NCBI GenBank assembly: GCA_965204825.1
Contig: OZ242016.1
Location: 1,249,252-1,313,251, forward strand
Length of the DNA: 64,000 nt
Reading direction: 5' to 3'
Source of the DNA: Alphaproteobacteria bacterium
GTDB taxonomy: Bacteria > Pseudomonadota > Alphaproteobacteria > Futianiales > Futianiaceae
Both the position numbers and the translations under genes were made by a program. The notes beneath the pieces are model-generated. The model saw only the letters and a list, made by a program, of their open reading frames with translations, did no database searches and was not told where the DNA came from. Shown here piece by piece: positions 10,221 to 18,343 of this stretch. Every line of letters begins with the position of its first letter. The first letter of the stretch is position 1.

Positions 10221-10922
10221 ATGCATCACCAGTCACAAGCTTCAATCGAGGCGCGGATCGACCCCAATCTGGCGGCCCTGGCCAATGAAGAGAACATTGG
10301 CAGTCTGGACAGCCTGTTTGTCGAACACGGCACCGTGAAACGCTTTCAGCCTGGCGAAGTTGTTTTCATGGAGGGCGACGATGCTCATTCGGTATACCGG
10401 ATTGCTTCCGGCATGGTGCTGGCCTGTGTCATTATCCGGGACGGTCGGCGCCAGATCGCGCGGTTCGTTTCGGACGGCGGCTCCATGGGACTGACGGCCC
10501 GGGACACGCACAGCTATACGGCCGAAGCGGTTGATTGCGTCGATGTCCAGATCTGCCCGCGTGCGATGTTCGACGCCGCGATACTGGAAAACCGGACAAT
10601 CCACGAGGAAATGATGCAGGCAATTTCCGTCGAACTGGCCGCCAGCCGCGATCTGATGGTTCTGCTGGGCCGAATGACGGCAATCGAAAAGACCGCCTCA
10701 TTCCTGGTAAAACTTGCCGACCAGCTTCGATGCTCGAAGGCCGGCTTTATCCGCCTGCCGATGACCCGGGCGGATATTGCCGACTATCTGGGCCTGACCC
10801 TGGAGACCGTCAGCCGGCTCCTGAACGGGCTCAACCGTGACGGCGTCATCGACATGCCAACGCCTGACCGGTTCCGCGTCGCCGACCGTGACGCGCTACA
10901 TTCCCTGGCCACACCGATATAG
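10221..10922 (+). CDS. Crp/Fnr-family transcriptional regulator
   Basis: A cNMP-binding beta-roll (FVEHGTVKRFQPGEVVFMEGDDAHSVYRIASGMV) is followed by a C-terminal HTH (RADIADYLGLTLETVSRLL). The start is uncertain: the ORF is open from 10026, and in-frame ATGs lie at 10183 and 10221. Confidence 0.75.
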   Translation: MHHQSQASIEARIDPNLAALANEENIGSLDSLFVEHGTVKRFQPGEVVFMEGDDAHSVYRIASGMVLACVIIRDGRRQIARFVSDGGSMGLTARDTHSYTAEAVDCVDVQICPRAMFDAAILENRTIHEEMMQAISVELAASRDLMVLLGRMTAIEKTASFLVKLADQLRCSKAGFIRLPMTRADIADYLGLTLETVSRLLNGLNRDGVIDMPTPDRFRVADRDALHSLATPI

Positions 10923-10957
10923 CCGCTTCCCTCCCCTGGCTTATCGATGGGCAATAC

Positions 10958-10992
10958 GGCCCGCGCCTCTCCCCGGCGCGGGCCTTTACTTT
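10958..10992 (+). terminator. Rho-independent terminator of the crp/fnr gene
   Basis: A GC-rich 10-bp stem GGCCCGCGCC / GGCGCGGGCC with a 7-nt loop is followed by TTTACTTTG. It lies 35 nt after the stop codon and immediately abuts the left end of the mobile element. Confidence 0.55.
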
Positions 10993-11120
10993 GGGAATCA
11001 TATACGATAATGCCCAGAAATAACTTGACCGCTTGACTTTAATTTTGATTCAACAGTGCCCAATATAGAGGTTTGAAATGACGCAGAAAGCGCCCGGAAA
11101 ATCGCTAGAAACTGTTTCAG

Positions 11121-12024
11121 ATGTTCCCCGACGACGCAATCTCTGGGAAGTGGTTTGCGGAACAGCGGTGGCCAGATGGTGCGCATTGCCCACATTGTGG
11201 TTCCGTGAACGTTCTCTCCGGTGCCAAGCATAAGACTATGCCCTATCGGTGCCGCGAAAAGGAATGTCGGAAACGGTTCAGCGTCCGCACCGCAACGCCG
11301 ATGGAATGCTCCAATTCTCGGTTATCAGATTTGGGCAAGCGCGATTTACCTCATGACCACCAGTCTAAAGGGTGTGTCCTCAATGAAGCTGCACCGCGAT
11401 CTTGAGATCACCCAGAAATCCGCATGGCATTTGGCACACCGCTTGCGCAAGGTGTTGGAAAATGATGGTGTTGATTTGCCTTTCAACGGCCCAGTGGAAG
11501 CTGATGAGACGTACATGGGCGGCAAGAAGAACAAGCATCCGAAGAAGAAGCTGAAGGCCGCCGGACGCGGCTCGGTGGGCAAGACCGCTGTTGCGGGCGT
11601 CAGGGGCCGGAACACGGGTCAGGTCGTGGCCAAAGCCGTCGACAAGACGGACGCGGAAACTTTGCAGGGGGTCGTGACCGATCACACCGCAGAGGATGCG
11701 CAGATCTTTACCGATGCGCCAGTGCGTACAAGGGGATCGACAGACCACATGAGGTGGTCAGACACTCAGTCGGGGAGTATGACCCACAAGAACGGTCTCG
11801 AAAACTTCTGGGCACCGCTCAAACGCGGCTACAACGGCGCCTATCACAAGATGTCTCCGAAGCATCTGGATCGGTACGTCAGCGAGTTCTCGGGACGGCA
11901 CAACAACCGGCCAAAGGATACGGTCAACCAGATGAAAGGTCTTGTTTCCGGCATGGAAGGTAAGCGGCTTCGCTCTGTTGATCTGATTGCACCTAACGGA
12001 TTGCCCAGCGGAGCGCGGTCATGA
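11121..12024 (+). pseudogene. IS1595-family (ISXO2-like) transposase with at least three frameshifts
   Basis: The zinc-ribbon N-terminus (CPHCGS...YRCREKECRKRFSV) is followed by ILGYQIWASAIYLMTTSLKGVSSMKLHRDL and the DDE core (VEADETYMGGKK...). Homologous segments lie in three frames, with switches near 11300, ~11725 and ~11765. For example, YKGIDRPHEVVRHSVGEY is in one frame and THKNGLENFWAPLKRGY in another. Confidence 0.75.
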
Positions 12025-12656
12025 GCCACAACGACGCGGCAACCGATCTATCCAGATTTCTCGGTTCTCAAAAGTTCTCAACGGTCATGGCCGATCCGCC
12101 ATGGCGCTTTACCAATCGCACGGGCAAAGTTGCCCCGGAACACAAGCGGCTTGCCAGATATCCGACCATGAGGCTTGAAGACATCTGTGCCCTTCCCGTT
12201 GCTGAATTCATGGAAGATCGTGCGCATTGCTATCTTTGGGTTCCGAACGCACTGCTCCCTGAAGGCTTACAGGTCATGTCGGCTTGGGGCTTCACGTACA
12301 AGTCAAACATCATTTGGCACAAGACCCGCAAAGACGGGGGGTCTGACGGGCGCGGAGTCGGGTTCTATTTCCGCAATGTCACGGAAGTTCTTCTGTTCGG
12401 AATACGTGGCAAGAATGTAAGAACGCTTCAACCTGGCCGACGGCAGGTTAACCTGTTTGGAACGCAAAAGCGGGAACATTCTCGCAAGCCCGACGAACAA
12501 TATGACATTTTCGAAAGTTGCAGCTGGGGGCCATACCTGGAACTGTTCGGGCGCGGGCGTCGCGATAACTGGACGGTTTGGGGAAACCAGTCATCCGACG
12601 ATTACAAACCGACTTGGGACACGTATAAATACAACTCTGCGGTCGCGGTGGAATGA
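12021..12656 (+). CDS. MT-A70-family DNA methyltransferase (N6-adenine or N4-cytosine class with a DPPW motif)
   Basis: Motif IV VMADPPWRF and the S-adenosyl-L-methionine (AdoMet)-binding region (NIIWHKTRK...GFYFRNVTEVLLFGIRGKN) are present. The start ATG overlaps the transposase stop (ATGA). Confidence 0.8.
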   Translation: MSHNDAATDLSRFLGSQKFSTVMADPPWRFTNRTGKVAPEHKRLARYPTMRLEDICALPVAEFMEDRAHCYLWVPNALLPEGLQVMSAWGFTYKSNIIWHKTRKDGGSDGRGVGFYFRNVTEVLLFGIRGKNVRTLQPGRRQVNLFGTQKREHSRKPDEQYDIFESCSWGPYLELFGRGRRDNWTVWGNQSSDDYKPTWDTYKYNSAVAVE

Positions 12657-12662
12657 TCGCGC

Positions 12663-13361
12663 ATGTCTGACAATGAGACAAGTTTGTTTTCCGAGAACAT
12701 CAGACGGAAGTTCGAGATCCACAGCTATCGGAACGCGGTGTCGATATTGGCCAACAGTTTCCCCGGCCAATTTTCACATGTGGCGGACGCTTTGGAGAAA
12801 TTCGAGATCACAACTGAAATGATCCGGCGTCCCGGTGGCAGCAAAGGCGAAATCGCCCGTTATGTCGACACGCTGTTTCCATCACCGGATTGGGTTGAAA
12901 CTCGGATTACAGCCGACCTCATGGTTCGATTGGAGCATGCGAAGAAAAGCGGGGGCATCCTTCGCAAATACATCCGCAAAGGGTTTCTCGACGGCCACAG
13001 GATTGATTTCGTTTCTGGAAAGGTTGCGCTTGATTTAGAGTGGAACAGCAAAGATCAAACATATGATCGGGACTTGTATGCGTTTTCGGCCTTCTACGAC
13101 GCGGGCGCAATAGACGTTGGAATCATACTGACACGTGGTTCATCCTTGGATAATGCGTTCTTTCAGAGACTCGGGAAGGTTCTGAACAAAGACGGAACCG
13201 AAGGCACCGAAGAAGTGTACAAGAAGTTTGGGGCATCAACCACATGGATGGGTAAATTGCTTTACAGGCTTGAGGCAGGGCGCAACGGCGGTTGCCCTGT
13301 GCTGGCGATTGGAATCAAACCTGAGTGTGTTGGAAGAAAAAATGGAAAAACGGAAATCTGA
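12663..13361 (+). CDS. BamHI-like Type II restriction endonuclease
   Basis: It aligns by eye to the BamHI catalytic core. RIDFV corresponds to BamHI PID94V. ALDLEWNSKDQTYDRDLYAFSAFYDAGAIDVGIILTR corresponds to BamHI GMEFETGNISSAHRSMNKLLLGLKHGEIDLAIILMP, so E111/E113 are replaced by D/E here. It lies immediately downstream of the MTase. Confidence 0.7.
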   Translation: MSDNETSLFSENIRRKFEIHSYRNAVSILANSFPGQFSHVADALEKFEITTEMIRRPGGSKGEIARYVDTLFPSPDWVETRITADLMVRLEHAKKSGGILRKYIRKGFLDGHRIDFVSGKVALDLEWNSKDQTYDRDLYAFSAFYDAGAIDVGIILTRGSSLDNAFFQRLGKVLNKDGTEGTEEVYKKFGASTTWMGKLLYRLEAGRNGGCPVLAIGIKPECVGRKNGKTEI

Positions 13362-13512
13362 TTATTACACGAAAGTCATGGACCGGGGATACCAGCCCAA
13401 CAAGCAGGACATGAACAAGGATGTGGGCGTTCCCGTGCCGCCAGACCGATTGGCACAGGCCGTCATGCGTGGAGGCGCGGACCGCAGAGGGCCAAATGAA
13501 GAAAATCCCTGA
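13342..13512 (+). CDS. small hypothetical ORF (56 aa) inside the mobile element, overlapping the endonuclease stop
   Basis: MEKRKSDYYTKVMDRGYQPNKQDMNKDVGVPVPPDRLAQAVMRGG... lies in a lower-GC region. It could be a controller or accessory protein, or it could be spurious. Confidence 0.2.
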   Translation: MEKRKSDYYTKVMDRGYQPNKQDMNKDVGVPVPPDRLAQAVMRGGADRRGPNEENP

Positions 13513-13601
13513 GTTGATGGAAGAAACTATTTATGGCGTAGGCGTTCAATACCATCAAGTTTTAGAGTCCGTACGATTGGGCACTATCGTATATAATTCC
13601 C

Positions 13602-13960
13602 TTTACCTTTGCGTTCACGAGTCCTGACCCTCCTCTGTCCCTGGCCCTCTTGCCGGTGAACCATGTGACCGCCAGCGGCACCGCGATCAGCAGCCCCGGG
13701 ATCAGCGCCGCCAGCGCGACCCTGTTGGCCGATTCAGTAACCATGGCACTGCCGAAATGGGCAAGCAGAAAACCAGCCGGAACGATTCCGGCCATGGTGG
13801 CGACGGCAAACCGCCAAAACGCCAGCGCCGTCGGACCGGCCACGTAGCAGATGATGTCAAAGCCGACAAAGGGCATCAGGCGGCTGGCGAACACAGTCCA
13901 CATCAGGAAATTCCGCGACCCGACCAGACCCTGTGTCAAATGATCGCCGAACCCGTGATG
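13602..13960 (-). pseudogene. TVP38/DedA-family membrane protein C-terminal fragment
   Basis: The translation ...FLMWTVFASRLMPFVGFDIICYVAGPTALAFWRFAVATMAGIVPAGFLLAHFG... matches the C-terminal half of TVP38/TMEM64-type proteins. The N-terminal half is absent. The frame runs into the IS right end. Confidence 0.45.
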
Positions 13961-14015
13961 GACAAGGCCTCGGACCCTGCAAGCACATGCAACCCGCCCC
14001 ACCAGCAACACGGCC

Positions 14016-14258
14016 ATGGCCGCCGTCTTCCTGCCCATTGCCGCCGCCATCGAACTGGGCCTCGATCCGCTGACCCTGATCTTACCGGTGGCATTGGCCG
14101 CCTCGCCGGGATTCATGCTGCCGATAGCGATCCCGCCCAACGCCATTGTCTTTGGCAGCGGCGAGATGATCGCCGGTCAGATGTTGCAGGCGGGGTGGAT
14201 TCTCGACATCGTATCCATCCTGATTGCTTTTGGCGTCGCGTTGTTTATTGCCCCCTGA
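14016..14258 (+). pseudogene. C-terminal ~80-aa fragment of an anion/DASS-type (ArsB/NhaD-superfamily) permease
   Basis: The translation AAVFLPIAAAIELGLDPLTLILPVALAASPGFMLPIAIPPNAIVFGSGEMIAGQMLQAGWILDIVSILIAFGVALFIAP* resembles the last two TM helices of SLC13/CitT-like permeases. There is no upstream body. Confidence 0.4.
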
Positions 14259-14346
14259 TCATCCCGGCTGCCGGTTGATCCTGGACAAGTCCGGGTCTGC
14301 GATAGCGGGAAGAATGGCCGTATCGGCCAATGGACAGACCTGCTGT

Positions 14347-15666
14347 ATGAGATCGCTGACCCTTATTGTTCTCTATCTGGCCGTCATATTGTCGCCACTG
14401 GTGCTGGCTGCGCTGAGCGGGTACCCGCCCCGATCCTTCTTTGACGAACTTGCCTCGGGCGCCGGCTTGCTGGCCTTCGCGATCATCCTGGTTGAATTCA
14501 TCCTGTCGGGTCGCTTCCGCATCGTTTCCAGACGCGTCGGGATGGATGTGACGATGCGGTTTCACCAGTTGCTGGCGCGCGCGGCGCTGGTCCTGGCCCT
14601 GGTGCACCCGTTTCTCTACCGGGTGCCGTTTGCCCATGCCCGCCCGTGGGACCCGATGCGCCAGTTGACCCTGTCGATGGATTTCGGCGCGATCGCCAGC
14701 GGCGCGGCCGCCTGGGTGCTGTTGCCGGTATTCATCGTGCTGTCCATCGGTCGCGACCGGTTGCCATATTCCTATGAGGCTTGGCGGCTGATGCACGGTC
14801 TGGGTGCGGTGCTGATCGCCGGCCTCGTCCTGGACCACACCTTGTCGGCCGGACGCTATGGTCAGGATCCGGCACTGGCCCGTCTGTGGTGGACGATGTT
14901 CGGCGCGGCACTGGTCTCGCTGGCCTATGTCTATCTTGCCAGGCCATTGCTGCAGCACGCCCGGCCCTGGACCGTCGCCTCGGTCCGATCGATTGCGATG
15001 AACACCTGGGAACTGACCCTGGAACCGGATGGTCACGGCGGCCTGCGCTATCAGGCCGGCCAGTTCGCCTGGCTCAAGGTCGGTCCAAGCGCGCTTTCAC
15101 GGCGGGAAAATCCCTTCTCGATCAGTTCCGCACCGGGTTCCGGCAATGCACTGCAGTTCGTGATCAAGGAACTTGGCGACTTCACCGGGTCTCTGGACAA
15201 GCTGCAATCCGGCACGCCCGCCTTTGTCGATGGCCCCTATGGCAATCTGGTCATTACCGGCCGGACCGAACCCGGAATCGCACTGATCGCCGGCGGCGTG
15301 GGCGTCGCGCCACTGCTGGGCATTCTGCGCCAGCTTCAGATTGACGGCGATCCCCGGCCGACGGCGCTGGTTTATGGCAATCGCCTGAAAGACAAGATCG
15401 TCTATCCCGGCGAACTGGATCGGATGGCCCGTGACCACGGAACACAAATCGTAAATGTCCTGTCGGAACCGCCTGCGGGCTGGGCCGGAAAGACGGGTGT
15501 GATGGGTCCGGATCTGATCCGCAGCATATTCAATACGCCGGAACGTAAGGAATGGCTGTATGTCCTGTGCGGGCCGCCGCCCATGATGACGAGCGTCGAA
15601 GACACGCTGATCGGCATGGACGTGCCGGCACACCGGATCCTGTCGGAGAATTTCAAATATGACTAG
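14347..15666 (+). CDS. ferric-reductase-like transmembrane domain fused to a ferredoxin-NADP-reductase-like FAD/NAD(P)-binding domain
   Basis: An N-terminal 6-TM domain with conserved His residues (HQLLARAALVLALVHPF, HGLGAVLIAGLVLDH) is followed by the FNR-like motifs RENPFSISS (FAD) and GGVGVAPLLGIL (NAD). Confidence 0.75.
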   Translation: MRSLTLIVLYLAVILSPLVLAALSGYPPRSFFDELASGAGLLAFAIILVEFILSGRFRIVSRRVGMDVTMRFHQLLARAALVLALVHPFLYRVPFAHARPWDPMRQLTLSMDFGAIASGAAAWVLLPVFIVLSIGRDRLPYSYEAWRLMHGLGAVLIAGLVLDHTLSAGRYGQDPALARLWWTMFGAALVSLAYVYLARPLLQHARPWTVASVRSIAMNTWELTLEPDGHGGLRYQAGQFAWLKVGPSALSRRENPFSISSAPGSGNALQFVIKELGDFTGSLDKLQSGTPAFVDGPYGNLVITGRTEPGIALIAGGVGVAPLLGILRQLQIDGDPRPTALVYGNRLKDKIVYPGELDRMARDHGTQIVNVLSEPPAGWAGKTGVMGPDLIRSIFNTPERKEWLYVLCGPPPMMTSVEDTLIGMDVPAHRILSENFKYD

Positions 15667-15869
15667 GATTAGCCTGCTACCACTGCACCGCCGAATTCGG
15701 GTTCTGTTCTGGTTGCTCAATGCGCTTCTGATTTTGGCGTTGCTGGCCTTCGCAATGCGGGGCGAACCATTGATGGACCAAAGAGCGCAAATTGAAGCGG
15801 CAGGCAATGGCGCCCGAAACTGAAACCGTGACGACTCCGGTTACGGCGGCGCTGGAACATCTGACCGGG

Positions 15870-16379
15870 CTATCCCGGGATCTGGTGACCTGGCTCAACA
15901 CGGCCGAACTTGATGTCTCGCTGGAATCGGGCCGGCTCCTGCAGGTGGGCGAAGCCACCACCGGGATTACGCCGGCCACCACCCTTGCCCGGCTCCACCG
16001 CGCCGATCACAGCTACACCGTCGAGGCGGGCCGTGGCCAGAGCCGCCCGGTTCCCGGGCAAAGCCAGCGTATCGGTCTCGAATCGCCCCATTTGAGACGC
16101 GGAGGCCGCCCGTGCATCGACTGCCGGAACAGGCCGTCGAGCCGGTGGACGGTGTGTTCTGGCCCAAACGGCTATCGCGCAAGGCACCAGCCCCGGGATC
16201 GGACAGACCGGGCGCATCATCCAGCGCTCCCGCACCACCAGCAGGCCGCCATCCGAACTGAACTGTGTGCCCTGGAACTCCAGCCGCACACGACGGTCGA
16301 AATCCACCCGATCACCCCGCTTTGCACCCGCACCCTCCGGGTGATCCATGAAACCCGCCATTCGCAATCGCCAACTCAA
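15870..16379 (-). pseudogene. possible IS4/IS5-superfamily transposase N-terminal remnant
   Basis: The motif RLEFQGTQFSSDGGLLVVRE resembles the conserved N-terminus of IS4-type transposases (xFTSDAGLLLLRE). The rest does not extend into a DDE domain. Confidence 0.3.
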
Positions 16380-16814
16380 TGATTTATAACGAAAATACTG
16401 AGATCAGAACAGCAAAACCAACGGATCACCTAGGGAATGCGGGTCAAAAGTGTCTCAATAACCCTAGGGCGATACAGAAGGCAATGTCGCCGCGCAGAAT
16501 TTGGCCGAACCGCCCTTGATCAACTATTGCTGGTCGGGCACGAGGCTGGTTCAGGCGATCTGACATCACGCCGGGATAACTGTCCGGTATCCGAATTTCA
16601 GGCAATCCGGCTGGCGGGAACCCTGAAGTGTAACCGAACCCTCGCACAGCGATGATGCCAGCACGAATTGGCAATCGTCCTCACGGGCACAGGATTGTGA
16701 TATCCGGCAACCGGGCTATCTCGCCTTTCATATGCTTGCTAGGATCCACGTGCGCCGAATTTGACTGGCGCGTCGTCTGCCTCTGCTTTATGTAAAATGA
16801 CTGGAATGTGACAC

Positions 16815-17690
16815 GTGACCGATACAGCCGAATACACCCCCCCCAGCGTCTGGACATGGGACAAGGAGAACGGCGGCAAATTCGCCAATATCAACCGGCC
16901 GATCGCCGGGGCGGCCCATGAAAAGGGCCTGCCCGTCGGCAAGCACCCCTTGCAGCTCTATTCGCTGGCGACACCCAACGGGGTCAAGGTCACGGTCATG
17001 CTGGAGGAATTGCTGGCACTGGGACATGCCGAGGCTGAATACGATGCCTGGCTGATCAATATCGGTGATGGCGACCAGTTCGGCAGCGGCTTTGTCGAGA
17101 TCAATCCCAATTCAAAGATTCCGGCGTTTGTCGATCGCAGCGGGTCCGAACCGGTGCGCGTGTTCGAGTCCGGCGCCATCCTGCTTTACCTTGCCGAAAA
17201 GTTTGGCGCCTTCCTGCCGACAGGACACAAGGCGCGGACCGAATGCCTGAACTGGCTGTTCTGGCAAATGGGTGCAACGCCTTATCTGGGCGGCGGCTTC
17301 GGTCATTTTTACGCCTATGCGCCGATCAAGATGGAATATCCGATAGACCGCTATGCCATGGAAACGAAGCGCCAGTTGGATGTGCTGGACCGGCATCTGG
17401 CGGACAACGAATATATGGCCGGCGCCGATTATTCCATCGCCGACATGGTGATCTGGCCCTGGTATGGTGGCATGGTCCTGGGCCGGCTCTATTCGGCGGC
17501 CGAGTTCCTGGACGTCACCAGTTACAAGAATGTGGTACGCTGGGCCGAGGCAATTGGTAAGCGCCCCGCCGTCCAGCGTGGCCGCATGGTCAACCGCACC
17601 TATGGGGAACCGTCGGAACAATTGCACGAACGCCACGACGCAAGCGATTTCGAGACCAGGACCCAGGACAAGCTGGAGGCAGCGGAGTAA
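16815..17690 (+). CDS. yghU: nu-class glutathione S-transferase YghU (glutathione-dependent disulfide-bond oxidoreductase)
   Basis: It is near full-length colinear with E. coli YghU (VWTWDKENGGKFANINRPIAG...KHPLQLYSL...VFESGAILLYLAEKFG...HERHDASDFET). Confidence 0.9.
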   Translation: MTDTAEYTPPSVWTWDKENGGKFANINRPIAGAAHEKGLPVGKHPLQLYSLATPNGVKVTVMLEELLALGHAEAEYDAWLINIGDGDQFGSGFVEINPNSKIPAFVDRSGSEPVRVFESGAILLYLAEKFGAFLPTGHKARTECLNWLFWQMGATPYLGGGFGHFYAYAPIKMEYPIDRYAMETKRQLDVLDRHLADNEYMAGADYSIADMVIWPWYGGMVLGRLYSAAEFLDVTSYKNVVRWAEAIGKRPAVQRGRMVNRTYGEPSEQLHERHDASDFETRTQDKLEAAE

Positions 17691-17767
17691 GGCGCGAAGA
17701 AGCGCGCGGGGTCAACTGAATGCCGGTATTCTCCGATAGGCTACCTCAGCCATTGGGGAGACAATAA

Positions 17768-18188
17768 TTGTCTGACCGGGTGCTCCGCGAGAAGCTGCGC
17801 AAGATAGAGGCCCTGTTTGCCGGGGCCGCGACCGCTGGCGAGCGGCCGGCGCGGCGGCGGACCGTATCCGCCGGCGTCTGGACCGGGCGACCCGCACCGA
17901 AGATGAAATCGAGACAAAGTTCGATCCCGTATGTGCGGTCGCGGCAACTCTTTGTGGCGCTCTGCCGCCGATATGGTTTGCATCCCTTCCGGGTATCGCC
18001 GCAGGCACCGGCAGAGCGTCATCGTCCGGGCGCCGCAAAGCTTTATCGATGAGGTGCTGTGGCCGGAATTCGAGGAACTCGGTACCGCACTGACCGCCTA
18101 TCTGTCCGAGATCACCGAACGGGTGATCCGCGAGGAGGTTCACAGAGATACCGGGAAAATTGACGATTCAAAGCAGATCGGCCGGTGA
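17768..18188 (+). pseudogene. conserved alphaproteobacterial small protein (MSDRVLREKLRKIEALFAGA...SRQLFVALCRRYGLHPFRY...VIVRAPQSFIDEVLWPEFEEL...) with three frameshifts
   Basis: Homologous segments lie in frames A, C, A and B. The inferred lesions are a 1-nt loss near 17840 in a GC run, a 2-nt loss near 17912 and a 1-nt gain near 17985 (CCGGG). Confidence 0.6.
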
Positions 18189-18343
18189 GGCGATGATTGC
18201 CGGCATGCCGTCTCTCGAGTCTTTTCGACCAGCGTTGACCCTGACAAGATTTACCTTTTCATCGGTCGTTCCTGGTTCGCCTGCGGCGTCCCGGAACGAT
18301 GCGATCAGGATGGGTTGAAATATAAATCTCAGTCAGAAACATT

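Larger units (their letters stand above)
10993..13601 (+). mobile_element. IS1595-family (ISXO2-like) transposon-like element of ~2.6 kb carrying a Type II R-M system as passenger cargo
   Basis: 24-bp terminal IRs match at 22/24 positions: GGGAATCATATACGATAATGCCCA (10993-11016) and the reverse complement of TGGGCACTATCGTATATAATTCCC (13578-13601). The flanking 8-mers TTTACTTT and TTTACCTT match 7/8, consistent with an IS1595-type 8-bp TSD. The interior holds a frameshifted transposase, a methyltransferase, an endonuclease and a small ORF, at lower GC than the surroundings. Confidence 0.7.

Noticed and set aside
14245-15807. 263-aa and 236-aa minus-strand ORFs
   Set aside because: They are shadow ORFs opposite the ferric-reductase-like gene, with a biased R/G/Q composition.
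15661-15822. 53-aa hydrophobic ORF (MTRISLLPLHRRIRVLFWLLNALLILALLAF...) overlapping the ferric-reductase stop
   Set aside because: It is plausible as a small membrane protein but is too short and unsupported (no RBS judged, no homology) to call as a feature. It is mentioned under the debris finding.
16383-16814. 430-bp non-coding stretch upstream of yghU with duplicated CCTAGGG motifs, considered as an sRNA or repeat element
   Set aside because: No convincing stem-loops, terminator or repeat partners elsewhere in the window. It probably holds the yghU promoter and residual IS-stub sequence.
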